A DNA stretch of 64,000 nucleotides from Catajapyx aquilonaris (GCA_000934665.2 JYFJ02000732.1:1-64000); one strand, 5' to 3'. Positions 38,979 through 52,412 are shown, counted from the first letter of the stretch. Numbers and translations are program-made. Notes: a model not told the origin generated them from the letters alone.

Positions 38979-39931
38979 TTATGAACTATCCTTATGGGGA
39001 GCCTTGGGAGCCCGTTTGTATGTACGAATCACCAGATGTTGGGTCACTCGTAAAGTGGGGACTTCGTCTTCTTCAGAAACAAATTCTTTCTTCATGCCAT
39101 GAGTCACCATGTGCTTCTTCATGCTAGATGCAAGACTAAAGCTTTTATGGCACAATTGGCAAGCGATGGGCGTCTCTACCGTGTGAGTGAGCATGTGACG
39201 TTTCAAACTACGAGTCCTAGTAAACGCTCTCCCACATACTTCACAAGCAAATGTTTTCCTCCCTAAATGAGTGACCATATGTTGCTTCAAGCCAGTTGAG
39301 AGACTAAACCTTTTATGGCACAATTTGCAAGCAAAGTGCTTCTCCCTTGTGTGCTGAGTTACCGTATGGTCTTTCAAATTCTGATGCTGAGTAAATGCTC
39401 TTTGACAAATCTTGCATACGAATGGCTTCTTTCCGTTTCCCATATCCTTATAATGTGGCATCTGCATCTCATTCCCTGCTGTTCCATCACAAGAGTCTTG
39501 CTTTACCTGAAATGAAATCATAGGATCACTGAATGCATTCAACAATTTGCAAATTTATGACTGTTACGCCAACATCAAACATGTCCCTGGTGGCCATTTG
39601 TAGGGTAAAATCATCAGCCAAAATTGTTGTTTGTTTAAGCACAATATAGTTCAGCTGCACATCAAACCTAATTGGTACTTACATGATCAGCTGCCAAAGG
39701 GTCATCCAAGGTGTCAGCAGCATCTGGCAAGTTGACCACCAACTCCTCTTCAACTGCCTCCTCTTTAACCTTGACGTCAGATTCTTCAACAGGTGTCGAA
39801 TCATCAGCCTTGCGCAGTGGGGTTTCATCCTTCGCCATCAGCAACGTGTCCTCTTCAATTTTAATCCCCTGGTTCCCTCCTTCCTCCGTCTCTTCCACCT
39901 CCTCCTTCTTTATGGTCACCATCTCTGTCAT
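38979..39931 (-). CDS. Cassette 14: acidic exon + C2H2 protein (4 fingers) + VIRTY tail
   Basis: Exons 39931-39683 (CAT|GTAAGT) and 39506-38979; close paralogue of cassette 13. Confidence 0.8.
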
Positions 39932-40139
39932 AGCCCTGGTGAATGAATGATTATCCTACACAACATGATGTGAATGGGGTCTGTCCTCCTTCCCAACCCA
40001 TTCACCTGCCATTCCCACCCTTCTCATCAACTCACCCTGCCACCGAAGCTTCCTCCGACTCAACAACTGGTCGCACCAAACCCACAGGATCAGAGGAAAT
40101 TATTAAAATCCAGGTCTGCAAATGTCACAAGCAGAAAGT

Positions 40140-40186
40140 GGAAGCCATCTTGGAAATTTTTCACCGGGTGCGTTCATACCACCGAC
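40140..40186 (-). promoter_or_regulatory. Cassette promoter 14
   Basis: GGAAGCCATCTTGG, GGGTGCGTTCATACCACCGAC. Confidence 0.75.
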
Positions 40187-40847
40187 ACCAAATGCAATGA
40201 AAAACAGACCGGAATAATTCGCAAAAAAGAACTTTATGATGATACGCAAGTAAATTTTAAATCTTGAGATTTCGTGCACGAATTGCAAATTTCTTACTTA
40301 TAAATGCTTCATTTCACTTCAAAGAAGAAGTTATTCAACCTTGTAAGTAGCAGTTCCAGGAGTAACCGCTAGTGTACAATAGCTGCTACCATATAATCGC
40401 TATTCTGTTATCCGCTAATTGCCCTTGATTTACGATATTTTTTCACAATTCTCACAATTAACCACAATTATGAACTACCGCTTTGAATGCAATACAACAC
40501 CAACTAATAAAATGAGAATAATACAATCTATGCATAACATAACCTATCACCATACTACCACGTATGCTGTAGCTCATGTGACCATGTCACGATAAAATTT
40601 TCGATGATAATTAATTTGAATATCAAAAAAATTAACAGCACTCAACTCCAAAAATATTGTTCATCCCTCGTTCAAATCCCAAAAAAATAAATAAAGCAAT
40701 AACATCAAAGTGTATACTCACTGAAATATCACATTGACCACATATTTATTTGCATTATACTTTTCCTCTACACTGCTTTGATACACAATGTTATTTTATT
40801 ATTTGTTTCTGCTTGTGAACAACAATAATTTTATGAGAGATGGCAAG

Positions 40848-41858
40848 TCACTTGTCACCAATGTGAACGTCCAAGTGTTCTTCCAAGTCGGATGGATGAC
40901 CAAACTTTTCTTCACAAAATTTGCACGAATATAGCTCCTCTCTTGTGTGAGTCACTATGTGAATGTTCAGTTCACGTGTGCGTCTAAACCTTCTTTGGCA
41001 AACTTGGCAACCAAACGGCTTTTCTCCCGTATGAGTCAACATGTGATTTTTCAAGTCATGTCCCCGACTAAACCTTCTGTCACACTCTTTACAACCAAAT
41101 GGCCTCTCCCCTGTGTGAATTACCATATGCTTCTTCAGTAATTGTGGTTCACGGAAATTTTTCTCACAGAGAAGGCAAGCGAACGGCTTCTCCCCAGTGT
41201 GAATCAACGCATGATTCTTCAAGTCGTGTGCCCGACTGAACCGTTTTTGACACACGTCACAACTAAAAGCCTTCTCTCCCGTATGAGTGACCATATGGTT
41301 TTTCAAATGATGAGAGTGACTGAAATTCTTCTCACACAAATTACAAGCAAACGGCTTCTCACCAGTATGAGTCAACATGTGTTTCTTCAAATCATACGCC
41401 CTACTAAACCGTTTTTGACACACTTTGCAATCGAAAGGCCTGTCACCTGTGTGAGACACCATGTGGTTTTTCAACTGATAGGCCTGAATAAACACTTTTC
41501 CACACACGTGGCAGGAAAATGTCTTTTGCTCCTTGGGTGTCCTCCTGTGAATGTGCTCCTCGATGCACTTTCCGTCACATTGTATTACCTGTAATGGGCA
41601 TAACATTAGAGAAGAGCAAAAGTACCCAAACATTGAGAGACACACCTCAGCGGTGCCTTCACTAGTAACTGCCAAGGGATCATCCGTGTCATCCGCAACA
41701 TCTGGAAGGCAGACCAACGACTCTTCCTCCGCAGCCTCTTCTTTAACCGTAACAGCTGGTTCTTCAGCAGGGGTCGGATCATCAGGTGAAGTGGCCTCCT
41801 CCTCCTCCTCCATCATCATCCCTTCCACCTCCTCTTTGACATACACCGTCATTGCCAT
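40848..41858 (-). CDS. Cassette 15: acidic exon + C2H2 protein (8 fingers)
   Basis: Exons 41858-41646 and 41588-40848; the 57-nt intron is in frame and stop-free. Confidence 0.9.
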   Translation of the reverse strand: MAMTVYVKEEVEGMMMEEEEEATSPDDPTPAEEPAVTVKEEAAEEESLVCLPDVADDTDDPLAVTSEGTAEVCLSMFGYFCSSLMLCPLQVIQCDGKCIEEHIHRRTPKEQKTFSCHVCGKVFIQAYQLKNHMVSHTGDRPFDCKVCQKRFSRAYDLKKHMLTHTGEKPFACNLCEKNFSHSHHLKNHMVTHTGEKAFSCDVCQKRFSRAHDLKNHALIHTGEKPFACLLCEKNFREPQLLKKHMVIHTGERPFGCKECDRRFSRGHDLKNHMLTHTGEKPFGCQVCQRRFRRTRELNIHIVTHTREELYSCKFCEEKFGHPSDLEEHLDVHIGDK

Positions 41859-42002
41859 GGCCCTTCCCAACCCACAGAACCGCACCCAACCCAACCCCAG
41901 ACGCCCAACCCATCCACCAACCCACTCTGCTGCAGCATCCAACAACTCAGGAGGAAGAGAGAGGCAATTAATTATCCAACAGTCACATTATAATCAGTAA
42001 GT

Positions 42003-42066
42003 GGACGCCATCTTGAAAAATCTTTCAAGGGTGCGTTCCTGCCGACGACCACACAGGTGTTCCCTC
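42003..42066 (-). promoter_or_regulatory. Cassette promoter 15
   Basis: GGACGCCATCTTG, GGGTGCGTTCC. Confidence 0.7.
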
Positions 42067-42928
42067 ATGTAATCCAGGAACGGACTGGAATTACTGTATT
42101 AAATTACTGTATAAAGTGCATAGTATTAATATCATTTATTTCTCACCCAAAAACATATTATTGTCTTTTTAAGGTGCACTGATGAAGGGTCATGAAGCGG
42201 AGAATCTCAAACGAAAATAAAAATCGTACAAACAAATGTTTGCACAGTACAATACTGTACATACTTATATCATGGCTTGTACGCAACAAATTCCCCAAGC
42301 AATGCTACATTTACGCCAACCTTAACAATGAGCACCAAGACTGATGTGCAAAATTGGTATCTGAAAAATTATACTAATAATAACAACACATCTTTCTGAA
42401 TACGGGATTTAAAAAATCATGGGGCAATACCTAACCCATTGTCAAGGATTTTGCACAGTAGCACCGACACCATAGCACCGGTAAAATCAAAGCTCAAATT
42501 TTAGCAGGATATTTTTGGCAATGACAGCTGCATTTTGCTATATTTATTGGAACCAATTTGCTGCTAAAAATACTGGATATGCAATTGGTTGGAGAATGAA
42601 AAAGAAAAGGGTCAATAGGAGCAATCGGCAGGGCTAGAGACATAGCATATAAAACAGATGCAAGTTCAACTGGAATAGTTATGAAAATCTGCATCTCAAT
42701 TTGATTTACTGATCGCATTTATCGCAGCACCCATCTTTACACCATAAATTCTCCAAAAATACATAAAAAAGACATTGGAAGCATACTATATGGCACTTTC
42801 ACGCCTTCATTTTTTCTCTCTGCAATCTTTCTAAAATGCAAGGGCAGTGTTCTTTAAAAGGATTTTCTGGGTGTATGACTTTACAGATATTGACAAAGGC
42901 CAATGCACACACACACAAGTCGCTTCTT

Positions 42929-44623
42929 TCATGTGTGAACATTCATGTGTCTTCTCAAATGAGCAGCCCTGCTAAACTTTTTCTCACACTGGCTGCATGG
43001 AAACGGCTTTTCTCCCGTATGACTCTTCATATGCTCCTTCAAATGTGACGAGCGACCAAACTTATTCTCGCAAAATTGGCAGGAAAGTGGCTTCTCCCCT
43101 GCATGAGTCATCATGTGCGTCCTTAAATTATAAGCTTGACTAAACTTTTTGTGACAAACTTCACAATCAAAAGGCTTCTCCCCAGTGTGAATTAGCATGT
43201 GTTTTCTTAAACTAGACGATTGAGTGAACTTTTCATTACACACCTGACATGAAAATGCCTTCTCCCCTGTATGAGTGACCATATGCTCTTTCAAATGCTG
43301 ACCCAGACTGAAGTTTCTCCCACACAAATGACATGAAAATGGTTTTTCCCCTGTATGTGTCAACATATGTCTCTTTAAATTAGTTTCTTGACTAAACTCC
43401 TTCTGGCACATGGTGCAACCGTACGGCCTATCTCCCGTGTGTGTTGACATGTGGTGTTTCAAATTACGAGCCCGACCAAAGTTCTTCCCACACACTTCGC
43501 AAACATATGTCTTCTTCTTCTCACGTGTCCACATGTAAACATGCATCTGCATCACACTTGCATCATAAGCTGCATCTTGCGTTACCTGAAATATGAACAA
43601 GCTCAATGAGTCATTGTAAAAACTGCAACATTGTCTTTTGAACACATACGCCACATTCTGAGATGACTTGCACGCTATTTTAAGCGGGTTAAATGTAAAA
43701 TCCTTGGCAAATTTTATTCTGACACTAAAGGTCGGTATCCGCGTACGAGATTCTCGCATACGAGGAGCCGCGAGGAGCCAACAGCGCATGCCCAGATACG
43801 AGAAAGTTGAAAATTTTCAACTTTTTCCCCTTTCCTCGTATCTGGGCATGTGCAGTTGGCTCCTCGCGGCTCCTCGTATGCAAGAATCTCGTACGTGGAT
43901 ACCGGCCTTAACATAAGACATTAAAGTCTCATTAAAGGGGAGACGGAGTGGCACCGCGGTAACGTGCGCGCCCGCGGATGTTAAGGTCCCGGGTTCGATC
44001 CCTGCCCGGGGACACCCCCTTCATCTCGTGCAGAGTTCAGGGTCACCTCTGGCTTCGTCTCGGGTGGTATTTCCTACAGACTAAACCACCCGGGGGGAGT
44101 TCACTAAAAATGGCCACAGCGTCAGATTCACTGCACTTTGCACATCCCCTCCTGTCATCCTGCCCGTGGGCCCGGGCGCTTCAAAAATAGGATTCCAAAA
44201 ATTGTATACCATCATAATAAAGGTCTGGCAGAAGGCCCCTCAGGGGCTAGCCGAATACCCAATCAATTATTATTATTAAAGTCTCATTAAGTCATGGGTA
44301 TTTTCATTGAACTTAATCAATCTTTGCAATATCACGTTCGTATTTTTTCACTCCGATGATACCTGACTGGTTCCACCATGAGTGTCAGCCAAGGGGTCTT
44401 CTGCATCATCAGTCGCATCTGGCATGGTGACCATCGCCTCTTCCTCAGCAGCCTCCACTTTAACAGAACTGCTATCCACGGGAGTGGAGCCATCATCACT
44501 CAAGCACGCCCCAGGCTCCTCTTCCTTCAGTTCCAACTTCAAACACTGGCCAGGAATCAACACCTTGTCTTCTTCCGCATACTCCTCCGCCTGCTCCTCC
44601 TTCACCATCACTTCCAACGGCAT
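42929..44623 (-). CDS. Cassette 16: acidic exon + C2H2 protein (7 fingers)
   Basis: Exons 44623-44363 and 43585-42929, phase 0. Confidence 0.9.
43730..43907. mobile_element. Nearly palindromic MITE (Harbinger-like ends)
   Basis: GGTCGGTATCCGCGTACGAGATTCT ... AGAATCTCGTACGTGGATACCGGCC; arms of about 75 bp; TAA-type flanks. Confidence 0.8.
43937..44274 (+). mobile_element. tRNA-derived SINE
   Basis: A box TGGCACCGCGG, B box GGTTCGATCCC, (ATT)n tail, 16-bp TSD ATTAAAGTCTCATTAA. Confidence 0.85.
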
Positions 44624-44920
44624 GGTCTGAAAATCCAAGTTTGTGAAAACTCTGGCTGTGTCACATGTAGGACTATCACCCTAATAATTTCAATCTCCTC
44701 ATCACAAGTTGTCAATGACATTCCACCCTTATGTTCACTTCCTGGTCTATTAATGCATCCCTATCATAGTGTCCATTCCCACTGCCGGTTCTCCCCCAAC
44801 ATACCGACAGTCCGCTGCTCATCCTCCAGCGGCTGAAGCCCCTTGTTCTGCAGGGAAGCCCAAGAAAACGAGCAGGAAACGCCCCAAAGAGAGTCAGTCT
44901 CAAGGTTCTTCCCTACAAGT

Positions 44921-44989
44921 GGAAGCCATCTTGGATCAGATGCTTTAGGGTGCATTCGCATCGCCATGGTCCTACTGTTCCCCTGTCCA
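44921..44989 (-). promoter_or_regulatory. Cassette promoter 16
   Basis: GGAAGCCATCTTGG, GGGTGCATTCG, CTGTTCCCCTGTCC. Confidence 0.7.
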
Positions 44990-45314
44990 AATGAGCGGAC
45001 GTCATTAAGCGCTATTTACAACCAAGGCAGAATCGCCGCTATTCACACATCACCTTTCATTTTTGTTTCTAAAAAAATTCACTACATTGTTGACACTTCT
45101 GAAACTTTTTACGTCCCCATGTTGCCGCAGTTCATCTGCATAAAATATGAAAATAATAATTTCCAAAGAGATGAACATTACTTTTCAATACTGTTTGAAT
45201 AATTACGTGTGCAATAAATATGCTGGCTGGTACTTCATTAAAAAGGTGAACACTTTATCTAAGTCTACACAAACATTTTTACAGTACTTATCATTAATGT
45301 CGTTGCACACACAC

Positions 45315-46768
45315 TCAACACTGGTCTGCACATGATGACATGTCCGCCTGCTCAGCTCTCGCTTTTTTGTCCCTTTCTTTCAGTTCTAATTGGAACTTTT
45401 CCTTCTCCCATTGGAATCGCTGGCGCTCCATCTCCAAGCGAGCAGTCCTCTCCATCTTTTCCAAGTGGAAGCGTTCCAAGTCAAGCTCCAGTCGCTTCTC
45501 ATCCAACTTGAGCCTTTTTTCTTGAAGCTCCAGTTCTTTTTCTCTCAGAGCAGCTTCTCTTGTGTCCCTCCTTTCCAGGAAATGCAGGCTCGCATTGCGG
45601 TACTGTCTCTTATTAGCACCTGCAACAGTATATTCATTTTCAACTTATGCCAGACATAAGCTACTATACAGGAAATGTTACCCAGCATTGCAACCCTACT
45701 TTAATCTTCACAGTTCAATAATACCAGTTTCACAAATACATATGAATTTATTCAGTTCAGTTCAAAGTCATTATACTTACGAATAGATGCATCATTACCA
45801 GAAGTTGGTGCCACACTTGCTTCACACCCTGACGAATCATCAGGCGTTCTCTCTTCGGAAACTGCGTCCCAATTATTATCAAGCATCTGGAGATCTACAC
45901 GTTTAAAAAAAATTACACCGAATTCATTGTAAATGGAGGGCTTATGCCTTTTGAAAAAGGTCATTTTTCTATTAATCATTCTGCAGTAGCTTATTACCTG
46001 CTGGTGCAGTCCCATCCTGATCAAATTCATCAATTAATTGGTCTGAACCTGTGGCAGGAACTGTTGAATTTCTCACTCCATCACCAGCAACCTGGTTATT
46101 TGATATTGATGTTGCTGTATGTTTTTGAGATTCATAATTACAAATCAGGGTGTACACCTCCTGCAGCATCCGTTCCTTTGCCTGATACTGCTCCTCCGAT
46201 CCTGACCTGAAACAAATCAAGTTAATTCCAACACTACCACCAAAAGGATGCTTGGGTAGTCTGTGATTTTCAGTGCTTCAATTAATGCAACATTACACTT
46301 TACGGCTCCTTACTTCCTCAAATTGTTGTGGTCTCCTTTTCTCCACAGTTGCAGCAGATATGCGATGCGCTCACGAACATTTCGGGCATTGAAAGGCTTC
46401 CCACCAGAATCAGCCTTCAGTGCATTAGCAATTGCACCCCATCTCTTTGTATGTTTGTACGGATTGTTCCTGAGGACTTGCCTCAAAACAAAGATGTCAT
46501 CATTCGTGGTGAAGCGAAGTCTCGTCCCCTTTCCCATCAGGCCTCTCTCCAGCCTACTCCCAAGTGGATCCATATGTGACTGCGACATGCCTTTTTCCTG
46601 GTCCTGCTCTTCTAATGAGGTACACTGCATCTGCAACCAGCACGGTTTATCATCAATCAACGTTATTAGTAACATCCACAGTTTCAATGTAACCGGCGAG
46701 ATCACCTCATCTTCCTCTTGTTCTTCGTCCTCTGCCTCCCTCTTGATCATGACCGCAACAAAGGACAT
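45315..46768 (-). CDS. Cassette 17: short acidic exon + Myb/SANT-like domain + coiled coil (Harbinger ORF2-like)
   Basis: Exons 46768-46706, 46630-46314, 46206-45998, 45894-45781, 45619-45315, all phase-compatible; RFTTNDDIFVLRQV...NP...W.AIA...RER...LRKSGSEE; E/K/R/L-rich tail. Confidence 0.8.
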
Positions 46769-47009
46769 CCTGTAAAAAAACATCATAAGGTCAGATATTC
46801 ACACACTTGTTGTGCTGATTACATCACACTGCACTACCTTTTTCTTCAACAATCCACCGGTTTATCTCCCCTGCCGCGTGTGTCCTTGCCCATTGCACTG
46901 TTCAACCTCCAAGCCAGCTACTCACTCAGCTGCACAGTCCGCCTCCAGCTCAAAAATTGGCTCGGAAAATTAATAAAAGCCAGACCGAAAAACCTTCCGA
47001 ATCATGACA

Positions 47010-47080
47010 GGCGGCCATCTTGGAAATTATTGAGGTGCGTTCCGACTTCTGAACCAAAAAAAGAACCGTTCCCTTATCCA
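47010..47080 (-). promoter_or_regulatory. Cassette promoter 17
   Basis: GGCGGCCATCTTGG, GGTGCGTTCC, CCGTTCCCTTATCC. Confidence 0.75.
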
Positions 47081-47520
47081 ATAGGAGAGATCGATGGAAT
47101 TAAGCGCGATCGATAGGCTGTTATTTTCTAGTCGCGGTGATTTGAAAGTCGCAGTTTCACTTAAATTGTAACTAAATCAACATTATGCTATAAAATTTGT
47201 CTTTGACATACCTTATGGAACATATGCTTCATTTAAAAAATAAATAAAAAAGTGCAGAGCTTTTCCTCTGGACAATGACATACAGATATACCTGTTACCA
47301 CCACTTTATTGACAGAACAAAATCAAACTGGCAGATAACGTAACAAATTATTTCACAAACCTCCAGTATATACAAGTTCACTCTTACACCTTCAAATTAA
47401 TGTGTACCTCTCTGTCTCTTGTCAGGCAGTAACAGATGCAAGCTTATGAACAAGAACAAAATTTTCATGACTTTTCATGTGCCTCACTAAAATTATTATG
47501 GCTTTATGAATAATTTAGTT

Positions 47521-49162
47521 TTATTTGACATGAGTCCACATATGTGCTTTTAAACGAGACTTCTGTCTAAACCTCTTCTGGCATACCTGGCAAAAAAGCA
47601 AACCGACATTTTTATGAGTCATAATGTGTTTCTTTAAATGGTCACTAGAAATAAAAGAAGCCCGACAAACTGGACAAGAAAGAGGACTTGTTTCCATGTG
47701 GCTCAGCATATGCGTGTTTAAGTCAGATGCAAGTGGAAACTTTTCCCGGCATGTCTGGCACGTAAACTTCCTCTCTTCTAAATGAGTCATGAAATGTTTC
47801 TTAAAAAAATAACTCGAAGTAAATGTCATTGCACACACATTACAAACAACAGTCATCTGTCCTGTGGGAGTTGATATACGCTTTTGCACAGGAGATGCAG
47901 GTGGTGAATTTACAGCACAAAATTGGCAAGCAAATATTTTCTCTCCCTCGTGATTCACCAGGTATACTTCAAAACTTGCTGACCAAATATACCTCTTCTG
48001 GCAATCTTCACATTTGAATGTCTTCTCTATCTCATGCTTTCCATTCTTCTCGTGCACTATCTGAAAAAAGTACAAGATCACTTGGTTACCCACTGAAATT
48101 AAAGTGTAATTGGCCCATCAGTGATCCTGATGAGTGACCTTGTGTGGTCCAGATGATGATCTTGGAAGGTCAGACCTCACAAATTAACAGACCAACAGGA
48201 TAATCAAGAGCCTTACAACCTATTTACTAACTTCTCTTAAGACAAAAGCCTTCTTAGACAGGTGTGATTGATTGACAGGTGTGAACCCAATTTATTAACA
48301 TTCAATTAAATTGTATTTTGTGTGCAAACATGTTAGGGAGCAAAAGTAATCATGTGTGTGGCACCACTCCCGTCAACCTGGACTTCCAACCACACTTACA
48401 TTAGTGTGTTAAGAGGTTTTCAGAGAATAAAAATTACCCCAAAATCATTACCTCTATTTCTGAGCTATCTCCATGCGTTCCCTTTGGCTTTCTGCAACCA
48501 TCTAACTGGTCTGGAGCTTCTTCTTTTGTGTTTGGCTGAACAATGGTCGGGAGCTGAACGTTATTTCTAATCGTGGTGCCATCCCTCCGAGACTCCACTT
48601 TAAATCCCTGCACCAGCTAAAAGAAAAATTCAGCACTTATTAGGTTTGCAACAAGAAAAAGCCACAACTGCAATGTCAAATGAATAACGGAGGGTAAGCC
48701 TCCAACCAGCCATATTTATGCTCCTTCTGCCTATAGTCACGCTATTGACGTGCGGCCATCGCATAAGTGCAAAACACACAGGTGTCATGTAAGTCCTTCC
48801 AAAGTACACACAATTTCCCATGTGAGTCATCAGCTTTAAAGTTTTGGGCTTTAAAGTTGCAAACTTGCAATTTTCTTCAAGTGGCCAAATGCTATTCGCT
48901 CACTGATGTGCTCCCAGATACGCACCATGCCTGGTGATGGGTCATGTCCATCTTTAGCGTCATCTGGTAAAACCATCCGGTCCTCTTCCGCCTCTTTTTT
49001 GATCACGTCCGCAAGGAGCTCCTCAATGATGGTCGACGTCTCATCGAAGCATTCAGGAGCCTCTTCCTTCATGGCCACTCTCCACGTCTCCTCCGTGGTT
49101 ATCACATCCTCCCCATCATCTTGTTCCTCCACCTCACTCTTGATCTTCAGAGTTAAAGACAT
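47521..49162 (-). CDS. Cassette 18: acidic exon + divergent C2H2 protein (4 intact + 2 degenerate fingers)
   Basis: Exons 49162-48926, probable 48616-48452 (55 open codons, phase 0/0), 48060-47521. Confidence 0.75.
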
Positions 49163-49369
49163 GATCCTGAAGAATCAAAAGTGCATATGTTACATTGGGG
49201 GGGGGCCGATTTGTCCGGGATCAACCGACCTACAGTTGCTACAGCTTCCAAATGACCCAGACTCACCCCGAGGCGGGTTCCCACCCAGGGGCGGCCCCTG
49301 GGAACTAGGAGGAAGCACGTTAAGATCAATTATTCTCTGGAAATCCGATGTAAAGTGACGATCAGATGT

Positions 49370-49436
49370 CGGCCATATTGTCCACGGTTGCTGGGGTGCG
49401 TTCCCATCCCCGCGCAAAGGACCGTTCCTTTGTCTA
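49370..49436 (-). promoter_or_regulatory. Cassette promoter 18
   Basis: CGGCCATATTG variant, GGGTGCGTTCC, CCGTTCCTTTGTC. Confidence 0.7.
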
Positions 49437-50675
49437 AGCAGTTTTTATCGATTTTATGATAACTGCGATGAAAGAGGGACGGAAAATCGCACATCGTTTA
49501 TCGCACTCATAAATCCCCCCCAAAAAATTTCTCTAAAATGCCGATTGTCCCACTGGTGAATAAAACAACATGTATTGAAATCGCGGAGTATTTTATGTAT
49601 CACAAAATTCACCATTTACAGGTGTATGGGTTACACAATTGGGCTTTGTTGCTGCTGGGGAAAGCATAATGCTATTCGCGAGTAACAGCTTGGAGTAACA
49701 GTTCTCAGCAGCTGGTAACAGCTATTTCTCATAGTTTTTATGCTATTCACTAGTATTAGTACGTGAATCTTAGTTAAGAGCCAATGAGGCACTATTATTA
49801 TTATTTAAAATGTTCCCAATTTGTTCATTACAATGACACACCTGACAAGGAAATGGCTTCTCTTTCTTGTGCATCCTGCGACTCTGCATTTTCACTTTGC
49901 CAATTTACCTATATTGACGTCTTACCAGCATCAGATTAACCAAGGAAAAATACTGAAGTGTAGCTCCCATCCAGGTAAACTATAAACAAGGTACAAAATG
50001 AAACACCAGTGATGATTTCAGATGTCTTTTTTTTTTCATTTCCCTTCGCTCCATGAAGGTTTCAACAAATAACTGAAAACAGCCAAACAAGAGCTGCAAT
50101 GTTGGCTTAGACATTGCAGAACACATCATGTTAATTATCAAAAAGATTTTAACAGGGCATCAATAAATTTTAAGTGAAATTGCTAACAAGATCGGATGAT
50201 ATTGGAACAGTTTTTCAACATTCAGTTACTGACAATGAGTTGTGACTTTCGAAAGTGATCATGAACAATCCCAATTGAATTGGTGGTGAAGGTCTGACCA
50301 GTGTCTGACTGCCAATTTGAGCATGCAGATGGTCATCCAGATTTGAAAAAAAGTGACCATTACATGTCTCACCATTTCAGAAGAAAAAAAAATGAGCAGG
50401 CAAAAAGCCTAACGTTAGAGACAAATAAAACGGGATTGGAGGTGGAGGATTTGGTATAGGCCTACAAAATCTGATGCCATGGCTTGCCAAATGCTTCAAC
50501 TGACATGGTAATTGCATGAAGTAAGAGCTACATGTCTGTTCCATCCTGTGGTTATAAAGTTGATTGCATCAAAAATTGTTCACAGCCAAATGGTACTTAC
50601 ACTTGGAAACAATACAATACAATACAATACTTACACTTGGAATGTAGTGCGAACCCCGCTTCATTGAGCTATAAA

Positions 50676-51617
50676 TTATTTATGTTCTGCATGAGTTGCC
50701 ATATGCCTCTTTAAATTACTTGCCTGCGTATAATCTTTATGGCACATTTGGCAAACGAATGGCTTTTCTCCTGTATGAGTTATGATATGTTTTTTCAAAT
50801 GAGAACTCGTGCTGAACTTTTTTTCACACTCATGACACTGGAATGGCTTTTCACCTGTGTGGGTCACCATGTGCGTTTTCAAAGCAGACCCCTGCCGAAA
50901 GGTTTTCAGGCACAACTGACACGCAAATGACTTCTCTCCCGTGTGAGTCATTCTGTGTGTTTTTAAAGTACCAGCATGAGAAAATGTCTTCTGGCACACA
51001 TCACAAGCAAATGGTCTTTCCCCTGTGTGACATCTGATATGCTCCCTTAAATGAGAAGCCTGATAAAACCTTTTTGGGCACACATTGCATGTAAATGGTT
51101 CTTCACCTGTATGAAACAGCATGTGCTTTTTCAAGAAACGTGTCGTTCTAAACTCTTTCTGACACACATTACAAAATAACGAATTCTTTCCTTCACTTGA
51201 CCCACTCCTTCGTGGTGCGACTCCTTCTGACAGACTCCCATCATCTTCACTTTCTCGCACCACCTGGAAGACACATTAGGTGACTGACACTTGGATAACC
51301 AAATGGACTAACATATAATTACTTGAAAGTGCATAAATTGCCTGTTGCTACCCTACCTGATGAGCAGTGTCTTGATATGTTTCTGCTAGTGGATCATCCA
51401 TGTCGCCGGTGTCTTCTGGCATGATGGACATGATCTCTTCCTCTGATTCCTCCACCTTAACCTCCCTCGTCCCATCTTCTGTGTCAGGTGAAGACTCGTC
51501 AGAAGGACTTTCCTGCTTCAACTCCTCCTCCTCCTCCTCCTTTTCTGCCTTCACGTTGACTACTTCACCTTTCACCTCCTCCGGCACCTCCTCCTCGATC
51601 CTTAGCACCGACGACAT
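50676..51617 (-). CDS. Cassette 19: acidic exon + C2H2 protein (6 fingers)
   Basis: Exons 51617-51357 and 51263-50676. Confidence 0.9.
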
Positions 51618-51739
51618 GGTCCTACTAGAGAAGGGCATGTTTACAACCTATAAATTCGCATCCCGGTCTCTCCAACTGAGGAAGCGAGGATCAGCGACGG
51701 AAAAACAAACCAATATTCGATCCGAGTCAATCAGTCGCA

Positions 51740-51816
51740 GCGGCCATCTTGGATCAGCTGAAGTGGGGTGCGTTCCTACCAGTGACGACAGAAACAGAAG
51801 GAACGTTCCTTGTCCA
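51740..51816 (-). promoter_or_regulatory. Cassette promoter 19
   Basis: GCGGCCATCTTGG, GGGTGCGTTCC, CGTTCCTTGTCC. Confidence 0.75.
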
Positions 51817-52412
51817 GTCATTTCGATGGGCTTAACTGCTATTCGCACACTAGCTGCTAGTCACTATCACACTAGCCGTTATTGTAGTCGCAAATTGCTT
51901 TTCATTAACTGAAAGTTATTAGGAGTGAATATACTTAAAATGAGAGTCCCAATAAATGAAATTAAGTATGTTTAACCATTAATCAAGTTCATGTACCAAC
52001 TGGATCCAAGTAAAGCTCATGTTTTATCACAACTCAAGACAACAGATATTGAAAAACTCTTCACATTTTCATCTAATATTATTAGAAACAACTTCCATTT
52101 AAAATAATCAATATGCGGAGCAAAATCAGTCCCGAAAAGAAGGATTTGATTGACAACATGGCATGGAAACAAATGGTACAATACGCGTATTTAATACTAC
52201 TGTTTGTATTACACGGACTGATCTGCCCAAGTTGACTAAATTCGGAGAGTATGGGATGGGAAAGAGTTGAATAATTAGCAACTGGTCTGAATGAGAACTC
52301 CAGTCCAGACTTGGCTAAAAGTTGATGGCATTGAAATTTTGTAACAATTTCAGAGCCAAATGGTATTTACATCTGGAATGCGGTGTAAGCTTATTTCCAG
52401 TGAGCCTCCAAT

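Noticed and set aside
40848..41945. Intronless single-ORF gene
   Set aside because: The ORF reads through a 57-nt in-frame intron with canonical sites at the family-conserved position; the real start is probably 41858
23688..44010. tRNA genes at 23688, about 38100 and 43937
   Set aside because: A/B boxes run into SINE bodies with simple-repeat tails, and TSDs in two cases; no convincing cloverleaf
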